Shown: one piece after another, positions 1 through 12,773 of the stretch | Layout: every line of letters begins with the position of its first letter | How positions within the stretch are numbered: the first letter of the stretch is position 1 | Assembly (NCBI GenBank): GCA_002104905.1 | Contig: MCFE01000721.1 | Location: 1 to 42,180 of the forward strand | Reading direction: 5' to 3' | DNA: 42,180 nt | Source: Basidiobolus meristosporus CBS 931.73 | Lineage: Eukaryota > Fungi > Basidiobolomycota | Made by a program: the position numbers and the translations under genes | The notes under the pieces: generated by a model | Databases searched by the model: none | What the model was told of the DNA's origin: nothing | The model's input: the letters and a program-made list of their open reading frames with translations, nothing else

Positions 1-199
1 AGCTGCCCTTTATTTCCACCAAAAATTGCAACCAAAAGGTTGTAGCAGAAATACCATCAGAATGGCTGCTGAATACCAGCTAAAGATCCAATCAAATCTA
101 ACTTCAAGAGTTTTCATTGGGTCTTTAAATTAATGAGCAGCAGTTGCTTAATCTATCCCTGTAAGAAAAAACTGGGATAATCCTATCAAAAGGCTATCA

Positions 200-528
200 G
201 AAAGTTTAAATCTGGTGACCAAGAGATATTGGTGCCATCAGGACACCATATAAAAACTGTTGGGAAAAATTGCACCTCAGATTCCCCAAAAAACCTACTG
301 AGTACTAAGCAAGACTGAGTAGAGAATGGATGCAGTGGCAGCAGCAATCTACAGTTCTGCTTTATGCTTGTAGTATAGCTACCCAAATTCTGTCACAAAT
401 TCTTTGCATAAATGCTCTAGATGCACCAAACTGGTATTAGTGATCTGCTTCTGGATAAGAACTCCTACAATGTCCACATATGATTTCCAATGCTTTCAGT
501 GTACTCTGTGCAGTAATTGCTTCAGAAG
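200..528 (-). mobile_element. Degraded non-LTR (LINE-like) retrotransposon fragment, homologous to ~13890-14226; cut at 528 by copia LTR
   Basis: 380-528 aligns by eye (~70%) with 14090-14226 (e.g. ctacaatgtccacatatga / ctacaatatccacatatga; gctttatgcttg in both). Minus strand reads STLKALEIICGHC, matching STLEAMGVICGYC in the second copy. Confidence 0.45.
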
Positions 529-877
529 TGTTGTAAGAGTATTGGAGATATTGGAAGTGATTGGGAGGACAAGTATATTATGTGGTTTTCACTTAATGAT
601 TTATTGAATGTAAAAGTAGTATTTATACTTTTACCTGGTCTTAGCATTACAAACATGTAGAATAGGTTAAGGAAGGTCCCAAGAACATGTGCGCAAAGTT
701 TGGGGCTGTTTGGATAACTTTGAGAATTTTCATGTTCTGGGTACCTGGTATTTTGGTGAAAATATTCTAAGTAAATCCCAACAAGGAATTTGGTCAGTAT
801 TCTCTAGAATTTGAGGGTAATGATCTAAGTGACTAAGTTAGGTCAATATAGAGGTGGAAATACAAATTTTTACAACA
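529..877 (-). repeat. 3' LTR of copia C1 (349 bp)
   Basis: TGTTG...CAACA termini; reverse complement aligns with LTR 4383-4733. Confidence 0.95.
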
Positions 878-886
878 CTCCCACTC
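878..886 (-). other. Polypurine tract of C1 (GAGTGGGAG on -)
   Basis: Abuts 3' LTR; identical to PPT of C2. Confidence 0.9.
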
Positions 887-889
887 AGC

Positions 890-3419
890 TAAATGCTCAT
901 ATTGACTAGTCCTAATTATGACTTAAAATATTCACGCTTGTCTCTAGCTAATGGTTTGGTAAATATGTCTGCAATCATTTCATCTGTAGGACAGTAAACT
1001 AAGCTAACTAAGTTATTCTCTATAGCTTCACGTATGAAATGATGTCTAATATCTATGTGCTTAGTTCTAGCATGAAAATTTGGATTTCTACCTAATTATA
1101 TACATCCTTGATTTTCTTGAAATAAAGTAATAAGCGTTTTTTGACATAGGCCTAAATCTGTAAAAAGTTTTCATAACCACATTGCTTCTTTTGTAGCTTC
1201 ACAGGCTGCCATATACTCTGCCACTGTGGCAGAAAGTGCTATGGTTAGTTGCTTTCTTGAATTCCATGAAATTGCTCCTTTACAGTAAAGAAAGGTGTAT
1301 CCTGTGGTGGATCTTCTGTCTTCCAAATTTTGTCTCCAATCAGCATCAGAGTATCCCACAAGATCCTGTTCTGAATCCTTATAAGTGTATCTTAAGCAGA
1401 TATCAGCAGTTCCTTTTAGGTATCTAAAAATCTGCTTAACTGCTGCAACAGGATCAGATCCATAGTTCTGATTATATTGGCTGACAACTCTCACTGAATA
1501 TGAGATATCTGGATGTGTTCCAAGCATGATATACATCAGACTGCCAACCATAGATTGATAAGGAAAGTTAGGTCTTTCAGATGGCACCAAGCTCTCTTGA
1601 TTTGGTTGAGTTTTGACCATGTTAAGGTTTGTCTCCATTGGGGTAGCTGCCGGTTTACAGTCTTCCATTTTGTACTTCTTCAGTATATCTAGAATATACT
1701 TGGATTGGCTTAGGGTAATAGTCTGGGTACTTCTGTCTATGGAGAACTTAATCCCCAAGTAGTAACTGTGTTCTCCTAGATTGGACATCTTGAACTCCTT
1801 AGATAGGCTGGATTTAGTCTCTTCCAATGTCTCTAGGTTAATTGTGGCTACAATAAATCATCCACATATAGAACTAGTAGAACTGAATTTGCTCTATTTG
1901 GCTTATAGTATATACTATAGTCAGCATTACTCCTTTTGAAGCTCAAAGATTCCAAATAAGAATCTATCTTGCAATTCCAAGCTCTTGGTGATTGTTTGAG
2001 ACAATATAGTGACTTTTTAAGCTTGCAGACCAAATGGGGGCTATCTTTGTCAGCAAACCCATCAGACTGGTCCATATACATGTCCTCATTAAGTTCTTCA
2101 TTTAAAAATGCAGTTTTTACATCCATTTGATGAATAAAAAACCTATATTTGGCTGCAATAGCCAATATTAATCTGATGGAATTAAGCTTGGCTACTGGTG
2201 CAAAGGTCTCAGTATAGTCAAGTCCTTTTGTTTGAGAGTATCCTTTGGCCACAAGTCTTGCTTTGTATCTCTCAATTGTACCATCAGCCTTGTATCATGT
2301 CTTGAAGGCCCATATGTATCCAATTGATTTTTGGTTGATTGGTAATTTGACTAAGTCCCAAGTTTGATTTTCCATCAGGGCCTGATATTCCTCAGTCATT
2401 GCAGATCTCCAAAGCTTTGTCTGAGAACTATTTAGGACCTCTTTTACAGTCTGGTGCTCATCAATATGGATTGAATAGACATAGGCTAAGTTTGTACCCT
2501 CATTGATATAGTAATTTGGGCTATTTCTTGTGCAAATTTGGATCTCCAGGCATTTGTTACTGGAATGGTCACTACTGGGATATTCCTGGACACTTCTCCA
2601 GGCTGAACAATGGTTGTAGAGTCCTCTGGAGTGAAAAAATCTTCATTGTTTTGCTCTGATTCAATGCTGACAATTGGTGGACTTGAAATCATATTTTTGT
2701 CATCATCTGATATCATTTTTTGTGAAAATTTTGAATTTTCATCAAACAGCTCATCCCTGGACTTGATTAGCTTCTTTGCTTTGGTATTGTAGAGTCTGTA
2801 TGCTTTACTCTCATTGCAGTAGCCCAAAAATATGCAATTTACACTTTTTGGCTCAAATTTTGACTGATTTCTGGACAGTTTATTGGCATATGCTGGACAC
2901 TCTAATATTCTTAAATGTTCTGCACTTGATATGTGTCCATACCATGCTTTAAATGGAGTAGAATCACAAAGTATTCTGTTATAACTCCACTTTTAAGATA
3001 TACAGCAATGGCAACTGATTCCACCCAAAAATCAAAGGATAATTTTTGATCATGGATCATAGATCTTGCCATATCAGTTATTGATCTGTTAGCACGTTCT
3101 GCTACTCCATTTTGCTGTGGGGAGTATGGTACAGTAGTCTCTTGCTTTATACCATGAATTTTGCAGATGTGGATGAGGAGTTTTGAGGTATATTCTCTAC
3201 CACTGTCAGAGAGTATTTTCCTGATTTTTCACCAGTTTCTCTCTCTACCATGACTTTGAGCTCCCTGAACTTAGACAGAGCTTACTCCTTTTTCTCCATG
3301 AAGTAGACCCACGTGTGTCTTGTATAATCATCAATAAAAGTGATCAAATACTTCCTCCTGCCTAAGGATAAATTTTGCATAGGTCCACACAGATCTGAGT
3401 GAATTAGATCTAGTTTTTT
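890..3419 (-). pseudogene. pol: copia integrase-RT-RNase H of C1, frameshifted
   Basis: ORF fragments 2486-2827, 1848-2252 and 1171-1827 carry IN C-terminal, RT and RNase H motifs. Confidence 0.93.
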
Positions 3420-4382
3420 CTAAGTTTTGATCAACCCAGAGCTCTTGAATGGTTGTCTGACTTGTTTCCCATATATGCAGGCTTCACCGTGCTCCAAACT
3501 AGCTGGGGGATCAATTTTCACTCCAGAAATTAGCTGATCTTTGATCATTTTGCACAAATAAGCAAAATTGATGTGCCCAAATCTCCTGTGCCAAAGCATT
3601 GGTGTTTCTTCATTTAAGTTACTTATATTGGCTTCCAGATATGTTGGAATATAATTCAACTTGTATAGATTCTGATCTTTGATACCCAAAGCAATATGGG
3701 CACCATTTTGATCAGTGATCCTGCATCCAGAATTGTCAAAGCTGAAGCTGAGTCCTTCTGCTGTGGCCTTGCTTACAGAGAGTAGGTTCTTGGCTATTTC
3801 TGGTACATAGAGTACTTCTTTAAAGGTCCGTGTATGGCTTCCTTCACTGCTTCTAAGGCTTACTTGGATAGTTCCTTCTTCCACTGCATCAAGTGTTCTA
3901 TTGTCACCCATGAAAACCTTCTTAATTGGAATTTCTTGATATTGGGTAAAAAGTTCTTTTTGGTATGTTAAGTGTTGAGATGCTCCAGAGTCAATATACC
4001 AAGTGTGAGAATCCTTGCTTGTGGTCATATTTGGTGCAGATATGAATAGTCTATCTTCAGTTGTTGCAGCATTTCCATATTCAGGTTTCTTTTGCTGATA
4101 ATCTCTCTTTTTGAGACACCGGTCTGATGTGTGTCCTTTCCTTTTGCAGTAGTTGCAAAACAGGTTGCTGTTGCCTTTGTAGGGTCTTGGGTACCTCCTT
4201 TGTTGATTATCATTGCTTATTAAAGCATTTTCTTCTTCCTTCTTATTGGCACTTGATTTTCTTAATTCTTCATCCAGGAGCCTTCCATATACATAATTTA
4301 AGGTCAAATCTTCAGTTCTGGACTCTAGGGCTGATACAAGGCCCTGAAACTTGTCTGTCAGGCTATTCAGGATGGTAACTAT
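3420..4382 (-). pseudogene. gag-pol: copia gag C-term/protease/GAG-pre-integrase of C1
   Basis: ORF 3420-4418; its first ~12 codons come from the C2 LTR; contains CCHC and DSGAS. Confidence 0.92.
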
Positions 4383-4733
4383 TGTTGTAAAAATTTGTAT
4401 TTCCACCTTAATATTCACCTAACTTAGTCACTTAGATCATTACCTTCAAATCCTAGAGAATACTGACCAAATTCCTTGTTGGGATTTACTTAGAATATTC
4501 TCACCAAAATACCAGGTACCCAGAACATGAAAATTCTCAAAGTTGTCCAAACAGCCCCAAACTTTGCACACATGTTCTTGGGACCTTTCTTAACCTATTC
4601 TATTTGTTTGTAATGGCAAGACCAGGTAAAAGTATAAATACTACTTTTACATTCAATAAATCATTAAGTGAAAACCACATAATCTACTTGTTCTCCAAAT
4701 CACTTCCAAAATATCTCCAAGACTCTTACAACA
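4383..4733 (+). repeat. 5' LTR of copia C2 (351 bp)
   Basis: TGTTG...ACAACA; repeated at 8716 and inverted at 529-877 and 12774-13122. Confidence 0.96.
4633..4660 (+). promoter_or_regulatory. LTR TATA box (TATAAATA 4633-4640) and polyA signal (AATAAA 4655-4660)
   Basis: Canonical motifs in the expected U3-R order. Confidence 0.6.
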
Positions 4734-4745
4734 GGTTATGAGCCC
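4734..4745 (+). promoter_or_regulatory. Primer binding site GGTTATGAGCCC, complementary to the anticodon arm of tRNA-iMet (half-tRNA priming type)
   Basis: Immediately after the LTR; complement GGGCTCATAACC matches the S. cerevisiae tRNA-iMet anticodon arm used by Ty5. Confidence 0.85.
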
Positions 4746-5958
4746 CAAGCTGTCACTCTCTGCAATGTCTACCACTGCTATTACTGGAATTTTTCCCTCT
4801 GCTGAAAAGTTGGATGGATCTAACTACCAAGTGTGGAAGGTGAAGATGAAGATGCTGCTACAAGAAAGAGGCCTTTGGGATATTGTCATGAGAGAAGAAT
4901 GCCCTCCTAAAGATGTGGGAAAGGAAGCCTTAAAGTACCAGAAGAAAGAACAAAGTGCCTTTAACTGCATTTGCCTTTATGTCAAGGACAAATTGCTAAT
5001 TCAATGCTCAAGAGCAAAAACAGCAAAGAATGCCTGGAAAGCATTAGAAGACACCTACCAGTCATGTTCAGCTGCCAAGAAGATTTATCTGAGACGAAAA
5101 TTCTTTACTTCAAAGATGCTGCCAGGAGAAGAAATCAAAAATCTAATTAGCAGAATTACCCTGCTGGTAGATGAGATGGAATCTGTGGGTGTACCAACTA
5201 CTGATGAGGATGTGATGGTTACCATCCTGAATAGCCTGACAGACAAGTTTCAGGGCCTTGTATCAGCCCTAGAGTCCAGAACTGAAGATTTGACCTTAAA
5301 TTATGTATATGGAAGGCTCCTGGATGAAGAATTAAGAAAATCAAGTGCCAATAAGAAGGAAGAAGAAAATGCTTTAATAAGCAATGATAACCAACAAAGG
5401 AGGTACCCAAGACCCTACAAAGGCAACAGCAACCTGTTTTGTAACTACTGCAAAAGGAAAGGACACACATCATACCTGTGTCTCAAAAAGAAAGATAATC
5501 AGGAAAAGAAGCCTGAATATGAAAATGCTGCAACAACTGAAGATAGACTATTCATATCTGCACCAAATATGACCACAAGCAAGGATTCTCACACTTGGTA
5601 TATTAACTCTGGAGCATCTCAACACTTAACATACCAAAAAGAACTTTTTACCCAATATCAAGAAATTCCAATTAAGAAGGTTTTCATGGGTGACAATAGA
5701 ACACTTGATGCAGTGAGAGAAGGAACTATCCAAGTAAACCTTAGAAGCAGTGAAGGAAGCCATACACTGACCTTTAAAAAAGTACTCTATGTACCAGAAA
5801 TAGCCAAGAACCTACTCTCTGTAAGCAAGGCCACAGCAGAAGGACTCAGTTTCAGTTTTGACAATTCTGGATGCAGGATCACTGATCAAAATGGTGCCCA
5901 TATTGCTTTGGGAATCAGAGATCAGAATCTATACAAGTTGACTTATATTCCATCATAG
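4738..5958 (+). CDS. gag: copia Gag-protease (406 aa), ends at premature TAG
   Basis: UBN2-type gag, CCHC, protease motif; C1 has TAT at the homologous stop position. Confidence 0.85.
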   Translation: MSPKLSLSAMSTTAITGIFPSAEKLDGSNYQVWKVKMKMLLQERGLWDIVMREECPPKDVGKEALKYQKKEQSAFNCICLYVKDKLLIQCSRAKTAKNAWKALEDTYQSCSAAKKIYLRRKFFTSKMLPGEEIKNLISRITLLVDEMESVGVPTTDEDVMVTILNSLTDKFQGLVSALESRTEDLTLNYVYGRLLDEELRKSSANKKEEENALISNDNQQRRYPRPYKGNSNLFCNYCKRKGHTSYLCLKKKDNQEKKPEYENAATTEDRLFISAPNMTTSKDSHTWYINSGASQHLTYQKELFTQYQEIPIKKVFMGDNRTLDAVREGTIQVNLRSSEGSHTLTFKKVLYVPEIAKNLLSVSKATAEGLSFSFDNSGCRITDQNGAHIALGIRDQNLYKLTYIPS

Positions 5959-8700
5959 CTGGAAGCCAATATAAGTAACTTGAATGAAGAAACACCAATG
6001 CTTTGGCACAGGAGATTTGGACACATCAATTTTGATTATTTGCGTAAAATGATCAAAGATCTGCTAATTTCTGGAGTGAAAATTGATCCCCCAGCTAATT
6101 TTGAGCACTGTGAAGCCTGCATATGAGAAACAAGCCGGACAACAGTTCAAGAGCTCTGGGTTGATCAAAACTAAGAAAAAATTAGATCTAATTCACTCAG
6201 ATCTGTGTGGACCTATGCAAAATTTATCCGTAGGTGGGATGAAGTATTTGATCACTTTTATTGATGATTATACAAGATACACATGGGTCTACTTCATGGA
6301 GAGAACGGAAGAAGCTCTGTCTAAGTTCAGGGAGTTTAAAGCCATGGTGGAGAGAGAAACTGGTGAAAAATCAAGAAAATACACTCTGACAATGGTGGAT
6401 AATATACCTCAAAACTCTTCATCCACTTATGCAAAATTCATGGGATAAAGCAAGAGACTACTGTACCATACTCCCCACAGCAAAATGGAGTAGCAGAACA
6501 AGATAACAGATCAATAATTGATATGGCAAGATCTATGATCCATGATCAAAAATTATCCTTTGATTTTTGGGTGGAATCAGTTGCCACTGCTGTATACCAT
6601 AAAAATAGGAGTTATAACAGAGTACTTAATGATTCTACTCCATTTGAAGCATGGTATGGATACAGACCAAGTGCAGAACATCTAAGAATATATGGGTGTA
6701 CAGCATATGCCAAAAAACTGGCCGGAAATCAGTCAAAATTTGAGCCAAAAAGTGTAAAATGCATATTTTTGGGCTACTGCAATGAGAGTAAGACATACAG
6801 ACTCTACAATACCAAAGCAAAGAAGCTGATCAAGTCCAAGGATGTGTTGTTGGAAAAAAATTCAAAATTTTCACAAAAAATGACATCAGATGATGACAAA
6901 AATTTGATCTCAAGTCCACCAATTGTTAGGATTGAATCAAAGCAAAACAATGAGAATTTCCTCACTCCAGAGGACTCTACAACCATGGTTTGGCCAGAAT
7001 CAGTGCCCAGGAATATCCCAGAAGTGATCATTCCAGTATCAAATGCCCAGAGATCCAATTGGACAAGAAATAGCCCAAATTACTATATCAATGAGGGTAC
7101 AAACTCAGCCTATGCCTATTCAGTCCATATTGATGAGCCCCAGACTGTAAAAGAGGCCCTAAATAGCCCCCAGACAAAGTATTGGAGATCTGCAATGACT
7201 GAGGAATATCATGCCCTGATGGAAAATCAAACTTGAAACTTAGTCAAATTACCAATCAACCAAAAATCAATTGGATGCAGATGGGTCTTCAAGACAAAAT
7301 ACAAGGCTGATGGTACAATTGAGAGATACAATGCAAGACTTGTGGCCAAAGGATACTCTCAAACAAAAGGACTTGACTATACTGAGACCTTTGCACTGGT
7401 AGCCATTTTAATTCCATCTGATTAATATTAGCTATTGCAGCCAAATATAAGTTTTTTATTCAACATACGTATGTAAATACTGCATTTTTGAATGGAAAAC
7501 TTGATGAGGATGTGTATATGGACCAGCCTGATGGGTACATTGACCAATATAACCCCCATTTGGCCTACAAGCTTAAAAAGTCACTATATGGTCTCAAACA
7601 ATCACCAAGAGCCTGGAATTGCAAGATAGATTCTTATTTGGAATCTTTGAGTTTCAAAAGAAGTAATGCTGACTTTAGTATATACTATAAGCCAGATAGA
7701 GCAAATCCAGCTCTATTTGCTCTATATGTGGATGATCTTATTATAGCCACCGATAACCTAAAAACATTGAAAGAGACTGAATCCAGCCTAACTAAGGAGT
7801 TCAAGATGTCCAATCTAGGAGAACTTAGTTACTACTTAGGGATTAAGTTCTCCATAGACAGACGTACCCAGACTATTACCCTAAGCCAATCCAAGTATAT
7901 TCAACATATACTAAAGAAGTACAAAATGGAAGACTGTAAGCTGGCAGCTACCCCAATGGAGACAAACCTTAACATGGTCAAAACTCAACCAAATCAAGAG
8001 AGCTTGGTGCCATCTGAAAGACCTGACTTTCCTTATCAATCTATGGTTGGCAGTCTGATATATATCATGCTTGGAACATGTCCAGATATCTCACATTCAG
8101 TGGGAGTTGTCAGCCAACATAATCAGAACTATGGATCTGATCCTGTTGCAGCAGTTAAGCGGATTTTTAGATACCTAAAAGGAACTGCTGATATCTACTT
8201 AAGATACATTTATAAGGATTCAGAACCGGATCTTGTGGGATACTCTGATGCTGATTGGGGACAAAATTTAGAAGACAGAAGATCCACCACAGGATACACC
8301 TCTCATTATTGTAAAGGAGCAATTACATTGAATTCAAGAAAGCAACCAACCATAGACTTTCCACCACAGAGGCAGAGTATATGGCAGCCTGTGAAGCTAC
8401 AAAAGAAGCAATGTGGTTAAAAAAGCTTTTGACAGATTTAGGCCTATGTTAAAATACACCCATTACTTTATTTCAAGATAATCAAGGATGTATACAATTA
8501 GGTAGAAATCCAACTTTTCATGCTAGAACTAAGCACATAGATATTAGACATCATTTCATACGTGAAGCTATAGAGAATAACTTAGTTAGCTTAGTTTACT
8601 GTCTTACAGATGAAATGATTGCAGACATATTTACCAAACCATTAGCTAGAGACAAGTTTGAATATCTTAGGTCAAAATTAGGACTAGTCAGTATGAGCAT
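5959..8700 (+). pseudogene. pol: copia IN-RT-RNase H of C2, interrupted
   Basis: ORF pieces 6083-6448, 6523-7236 and 7488-8420 with IN/RT/RH motifs. Confidence 0.93.
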
Positions 8701-8706
8701 TTAGCT

Positions 8707-8715
8707 GAGTGGGAG
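8707..8715 (+). other. Polypurine tract of C2 (GAGTGGGAG)
   Basis: Directly before the 3' LTR TGTTG. Confidence 0.9.
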
Positions 8716-8976
8716 TGTTGTAAAAATTCGTATTTCCACCTAAATATTCACCTAACTTAGTCACTTAGATCATTACCTTCAAATCCTAGAGAATACTGAC
8801 CAGATTCCTTGTTGGGATTTACTTAGAATATTCTCACCAAAATACCAGGTACCCAGAACATGAGAATTCTCAAAGTTGTCCAAACAGCCCCAAACTTTGC
8901 ACACATGTTCTTGGGCCCTTCCTTAACCTATTCTATGTGTTTGTAATGCCAAGACCAGGTAAAAGTATAAATACTA
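8716..8976 (+). repeat. 3' LTR of C2, truncated just after the TATA box
   Basis: Aligns with 4383-~4643, then diverges at GTATAAATACTA|AGCC. Confidence 0.92.
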
Positions 8977-11900
8977 AGCCTAGCCCGCATAGCAAACCTA
9001 CTCTGTTGCCTTTATAGCCCAACTCAGCTATACATAAGACCAATATTAGACCAGAACCTCTCTGCTAATATTTCTGTCACTCTTGACAATTCTAAGATTC
9101 TGCACTTAGTTGTCACTTGGGTTCAGTTAACTCATTCAAGAGTTTTATTACACTTTTCTCTTAGATACAAAATTGAGCTCCGTGAAATTGCTCCTTTGCA
9201 GTAAAGAAAGGTGTATCCTGTGGTAGATCTTCTGTCTTCAAATTTTGTCCTCAATTCGCATCAGAGTATCCCACAAGATTCTGTTCTGAATCCTTATAAG
9301 TGTATCTTATTCAGATATTGGCAGTTCCTTTTAGATATCTAAAAATCTGCTTAACTGCTGAAATATGATCAGATCCATAGTTCTGATTATGTTGGCTGAC
9401 AACTCCCACTGAATATGAGATATCTGGACATGTTCCAAGCATGATATACATCAGACTGCCAGCTATAGATTGATAAGGAAAGTCATGGCTTCCAGATGGC
9501 ACCAAGCTCTCTAGATTTGGTTGAGTTTTGACCAAGTTAAGGTTTGTCTCCATTGGGGTAGCTGCCAATTTACAGTCTTCCATTTTGTACTTCTTCAGTA
9601 TATCTAGAATATACTTGGATTGGCTTAGGGTAATAGTCTGGGTACTTCTGTCTATGGAGAACTTAATCCCCAAGTAGTAACTGTGTTCTCCTAGATTGGA
9701 CATCTTGAACTCCTTAGATAGGCTGGATTTAGTCTCTTCCAATGTCTCTAGGTTATTTGTGGCTATAATAAATCATCCACATATAGAACTAGTAGAACTG
9801 GACTTGCTCTACTTGGCTTATAGTATATACTATAATCAGCATTACTCCTTTTGGAGCTCAAAGATTCCAAATAAGAATCTATCTTGCAATTCCAGGCTCT
9901 TGGTGATTGTTTGAGACCATATAGTGACTTTTTAAGCTTGCAGACCAAATGGGGGCTATCTTTGTCAGCAAACCCATCAGACTGGTCCATATACATGTCC
10001 TCATTAAGTTCTTCATTTAAAAAAGCAGTTTTTACATCCATTTGATGAATAAAAAACCTATATTTGGCTGCAATAGCCAATATTAATCTGATGGAATTAA
10101 ACTTGGCTACCAGTGCAAAGGTCTCAGTATAGTCAGGTCCTTTTGTTTGAGAGTATCCTTTGGCCACAAGTCTTGCTTTGTATCTCTCAATTGTACCATC
10201 AGCCTTGTATTATGTCTTGAAGGCCCATATGTATCCAATTGATTTTTGGTTGATTGGTAATTTGACTAAGTCCCAAGTTTGATTTTCCATCAGGGCCTGA
10301 TATTCCTCAGTCATTGCAGATCTCCAAAACTTTGTCTGAGAACTATTTAGGACCTCTTTTACAGTCTGGTGCTCATCAATATGGATTGAATAGACATAGG
10401 CTAAGTTGGTACCCTCATTGATATAGTAATTTGGGCTATTTCTTGTGCAAATTTGGATCTCCAGGCATTTGTTACTGGAATGATCACTACTGGGATATTC
10501 CTGGGCACTTCTCCAGGCTGAACCATGGTTGTAGAGTCCTCTGGAGTGAAAAAATCTTCATTGTTTTGCTCTGATTCAATGCTGACAATAGGTGGACTTG
10601 AAATCATATTTTTGTCATCATCTGATATCATTTTTTGTGAAAATTTTGAATTTTCATCAAACAGCTCATCCCTGGACTTGATTAGCTTCTTTGCTTTGGT
10701 ATTGTAGAGTCTGTATGCTTTACTCTCATTGCAGTAGCCCAAAAATATGCAATTTACACTTTTTGGCTCAAATTTTGACTGATTTCTGGACAGTTTATTG
10801 GCATATGCTGGACACTCTAATATTCTTAAATGTTCTGCACTTGATATGTGTCCATACCATGCTTTAAATGGAGTAGAATCACAAAGTATTCTGTTATAAC
10901 TCCACTTTTAAGATATACAGCAATGGCAACTGATTCCACCCAAAAATCAAAGGATAATTTTTGATCATGGATCATAGATCTTGCCATATCAGTTATTGAT
11001 CTGTTAGCACATTCTGCTACTCCATTTTGCTGTGGGGAGTATGGTACAGTAGTCTCTTGCTTTATCCGATGAATTTTGCAGATGTGGATGAGGAGTTTTG
11101 AGGTATATTCTCTAACACTGTCAGAGAGTATTTTCTTTATTTAACCAGTTTCTCTCTCTACCATGACTTTGAGCTCCCTGAACTTAGATAGAGCTTACTC
11201 CTTTTTCTCCATGCAGTAGACCCATGTGTATCTTGTATAATCATCAATAAAAGTGATTAAATACTTCCTCCTGCCTAAGGATAAATTTTGCATAGGTCCA
11301 CACAGATCTGAGTGAATTAGATCTAATTTTTTCTTAGTTTTGATTAACCCAGAGCTCTTGAGTAGTTATCAGGCTTGTTTCCCATATATGCAGGCTTCAC
11401 ATTGCTCCAAACTAGCTGGGGGACCAATTTTTACTCCAGAAATTAGCTGATATATGATCATTTTGCGCAAATAAGCAAAATTGATGTGCCCAAATCTCCT
11501 GTGCCAAAGCATTGGTGTTTCTTCATTTAAGTTACTTATATTGGCTCCCAGATATGATGGAATATAGTTCAACTTGTATGGATTCTGATCTTTGATACCC
11601 AAAGCAATATGGGCACCATTTTGATCAGTGATCTTGCATCCAGAATTCTCAAAGCTGAAGTTGAGTCCTTCTGCTGTGGCCTTGCTTACAGATAATATGT
11701 TCTTGGCTATTTCTGGTGCATAGAGTACTTCTTGCAAGGTCAGTGTAGGGCTTCCTTCACTGTTTCTAAGGTTTACTTGGGTAGTTCCTTCTCCCACTGC
11801 ATCAAGTGTACTATTGTCACCCATGAAAACCTTCTTAATTTGAATTTCATGATATTGGGTAAAAGTTCTTTTTAGTGTGTAAAGTGCTGAGATGCTCCAC

Positions 11901-12761
11901 AGTCATTACACCACATCTGAGAATCCTTGCTTGTGGTCATATTCAGTGTATATTTGAATAGTCTATCTTCAGTAGTTACAGCATTTTCATATTCAGGCTT
12001 TTTCTGCTGACTATCTTTCTTTTTGAATCACTGGTCTGATGTGTGTCCTTTCCTTTTGCAGTAGTTACAAAACAGGTTGCTGTTGCCTTTGTAGGGTCTT
12101 GGGTACCTCCTTTGTTGGTTATCATTGCTTATTAAAACATTTCTTCTTCCTTCTTATTTGCACTTAATTTTCTTAATTCTTCTTCCAGGAGCCTTCCATA
12201 AATGTAATATTAGGTCAAATCTTCAGCTCTGGACTCTAGGGCTGATACAAGGCCCTGAAACTTGTCTGTCAAGCTATTCAGGATGGTAACTATCACATCC
12301 TCATCAGTAGTTGGTATGCCCACAGATTCTATTTCATCCACCAGCAGGGTAATTCTGCTAACTAGATTTTTCATTTCTTTGCCTGGCAGCATCTTTGCAG
12401 TAAAAAATATTTGTTTCCAATACATTTTTTTAGCAGCTGAACATGACTGGTAGGTGTCTTCTAATGCCCTCCAGGCATTCTTTGCCAATTTTGCTCTTGA
12501 GCATTGAATTAGAAATTTGTCTTTAACATTAAGGCACATGCAGTTAAGGGCACTTTGTTCTTTCTTCTGGTACTTTAAGGCTTCCTCTCCCACATTTTAG
12601 GAGGGCATTCTTCTCCCATGACAATATCCCAGAGGCCTTTTTCTTGTAGCAGCATCTTCATCTTCACCTTCCACACTTGATAGTTAGATCCATGCAACTT
12701 TTCAGCAGAGAGAAAAATTCCAGTAATAGCAGTAGTAGACTACGCAGAGAGTGATAGCTTT

Positions 12762-12773
12762 GGACTCATAACC
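12762..12773 (-). promoter_or_regulatory. PBS of C3 (GGTTATGAGTCC on -)
   Basis: Adjacent to the LTR; one mismatch to the C2 PBS. Confidence 0.8.

Larger units (their letters stand above)
529..4382 (-). mobile_element. Ty1/copia LTR retrotransposon copy C1, 5'-truncated in gag by copy C2, defective
   Basis: CCHC knuckle CNYCKRKGHTSDRC, protease WYIDSGAS, GAG-pre-integrase LWHRRFGH, RT motifs QMDVKTAFLN and YVDD, RNase H GYSDADW, in PR-IN-RT-RH order; 3' LTR and PPT present; frameshifts. Confidence 0.97.
4383..8976 (+). mobile_element. Ty1/copia copy C2, near full length, 3' LTR truncated, defective
   Basis: 5' LTR, PBS, gag (LDGSNYQVWKVKM, CCHC), PR, IN (HSDLCGP, FIDDYTR, QQNGVAE), RT (YVDD), RH, PPT and partial 3' LTR; stops and frameshifts; protease Asp changed to Asn (YINSG). 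Confidence 0.97.
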
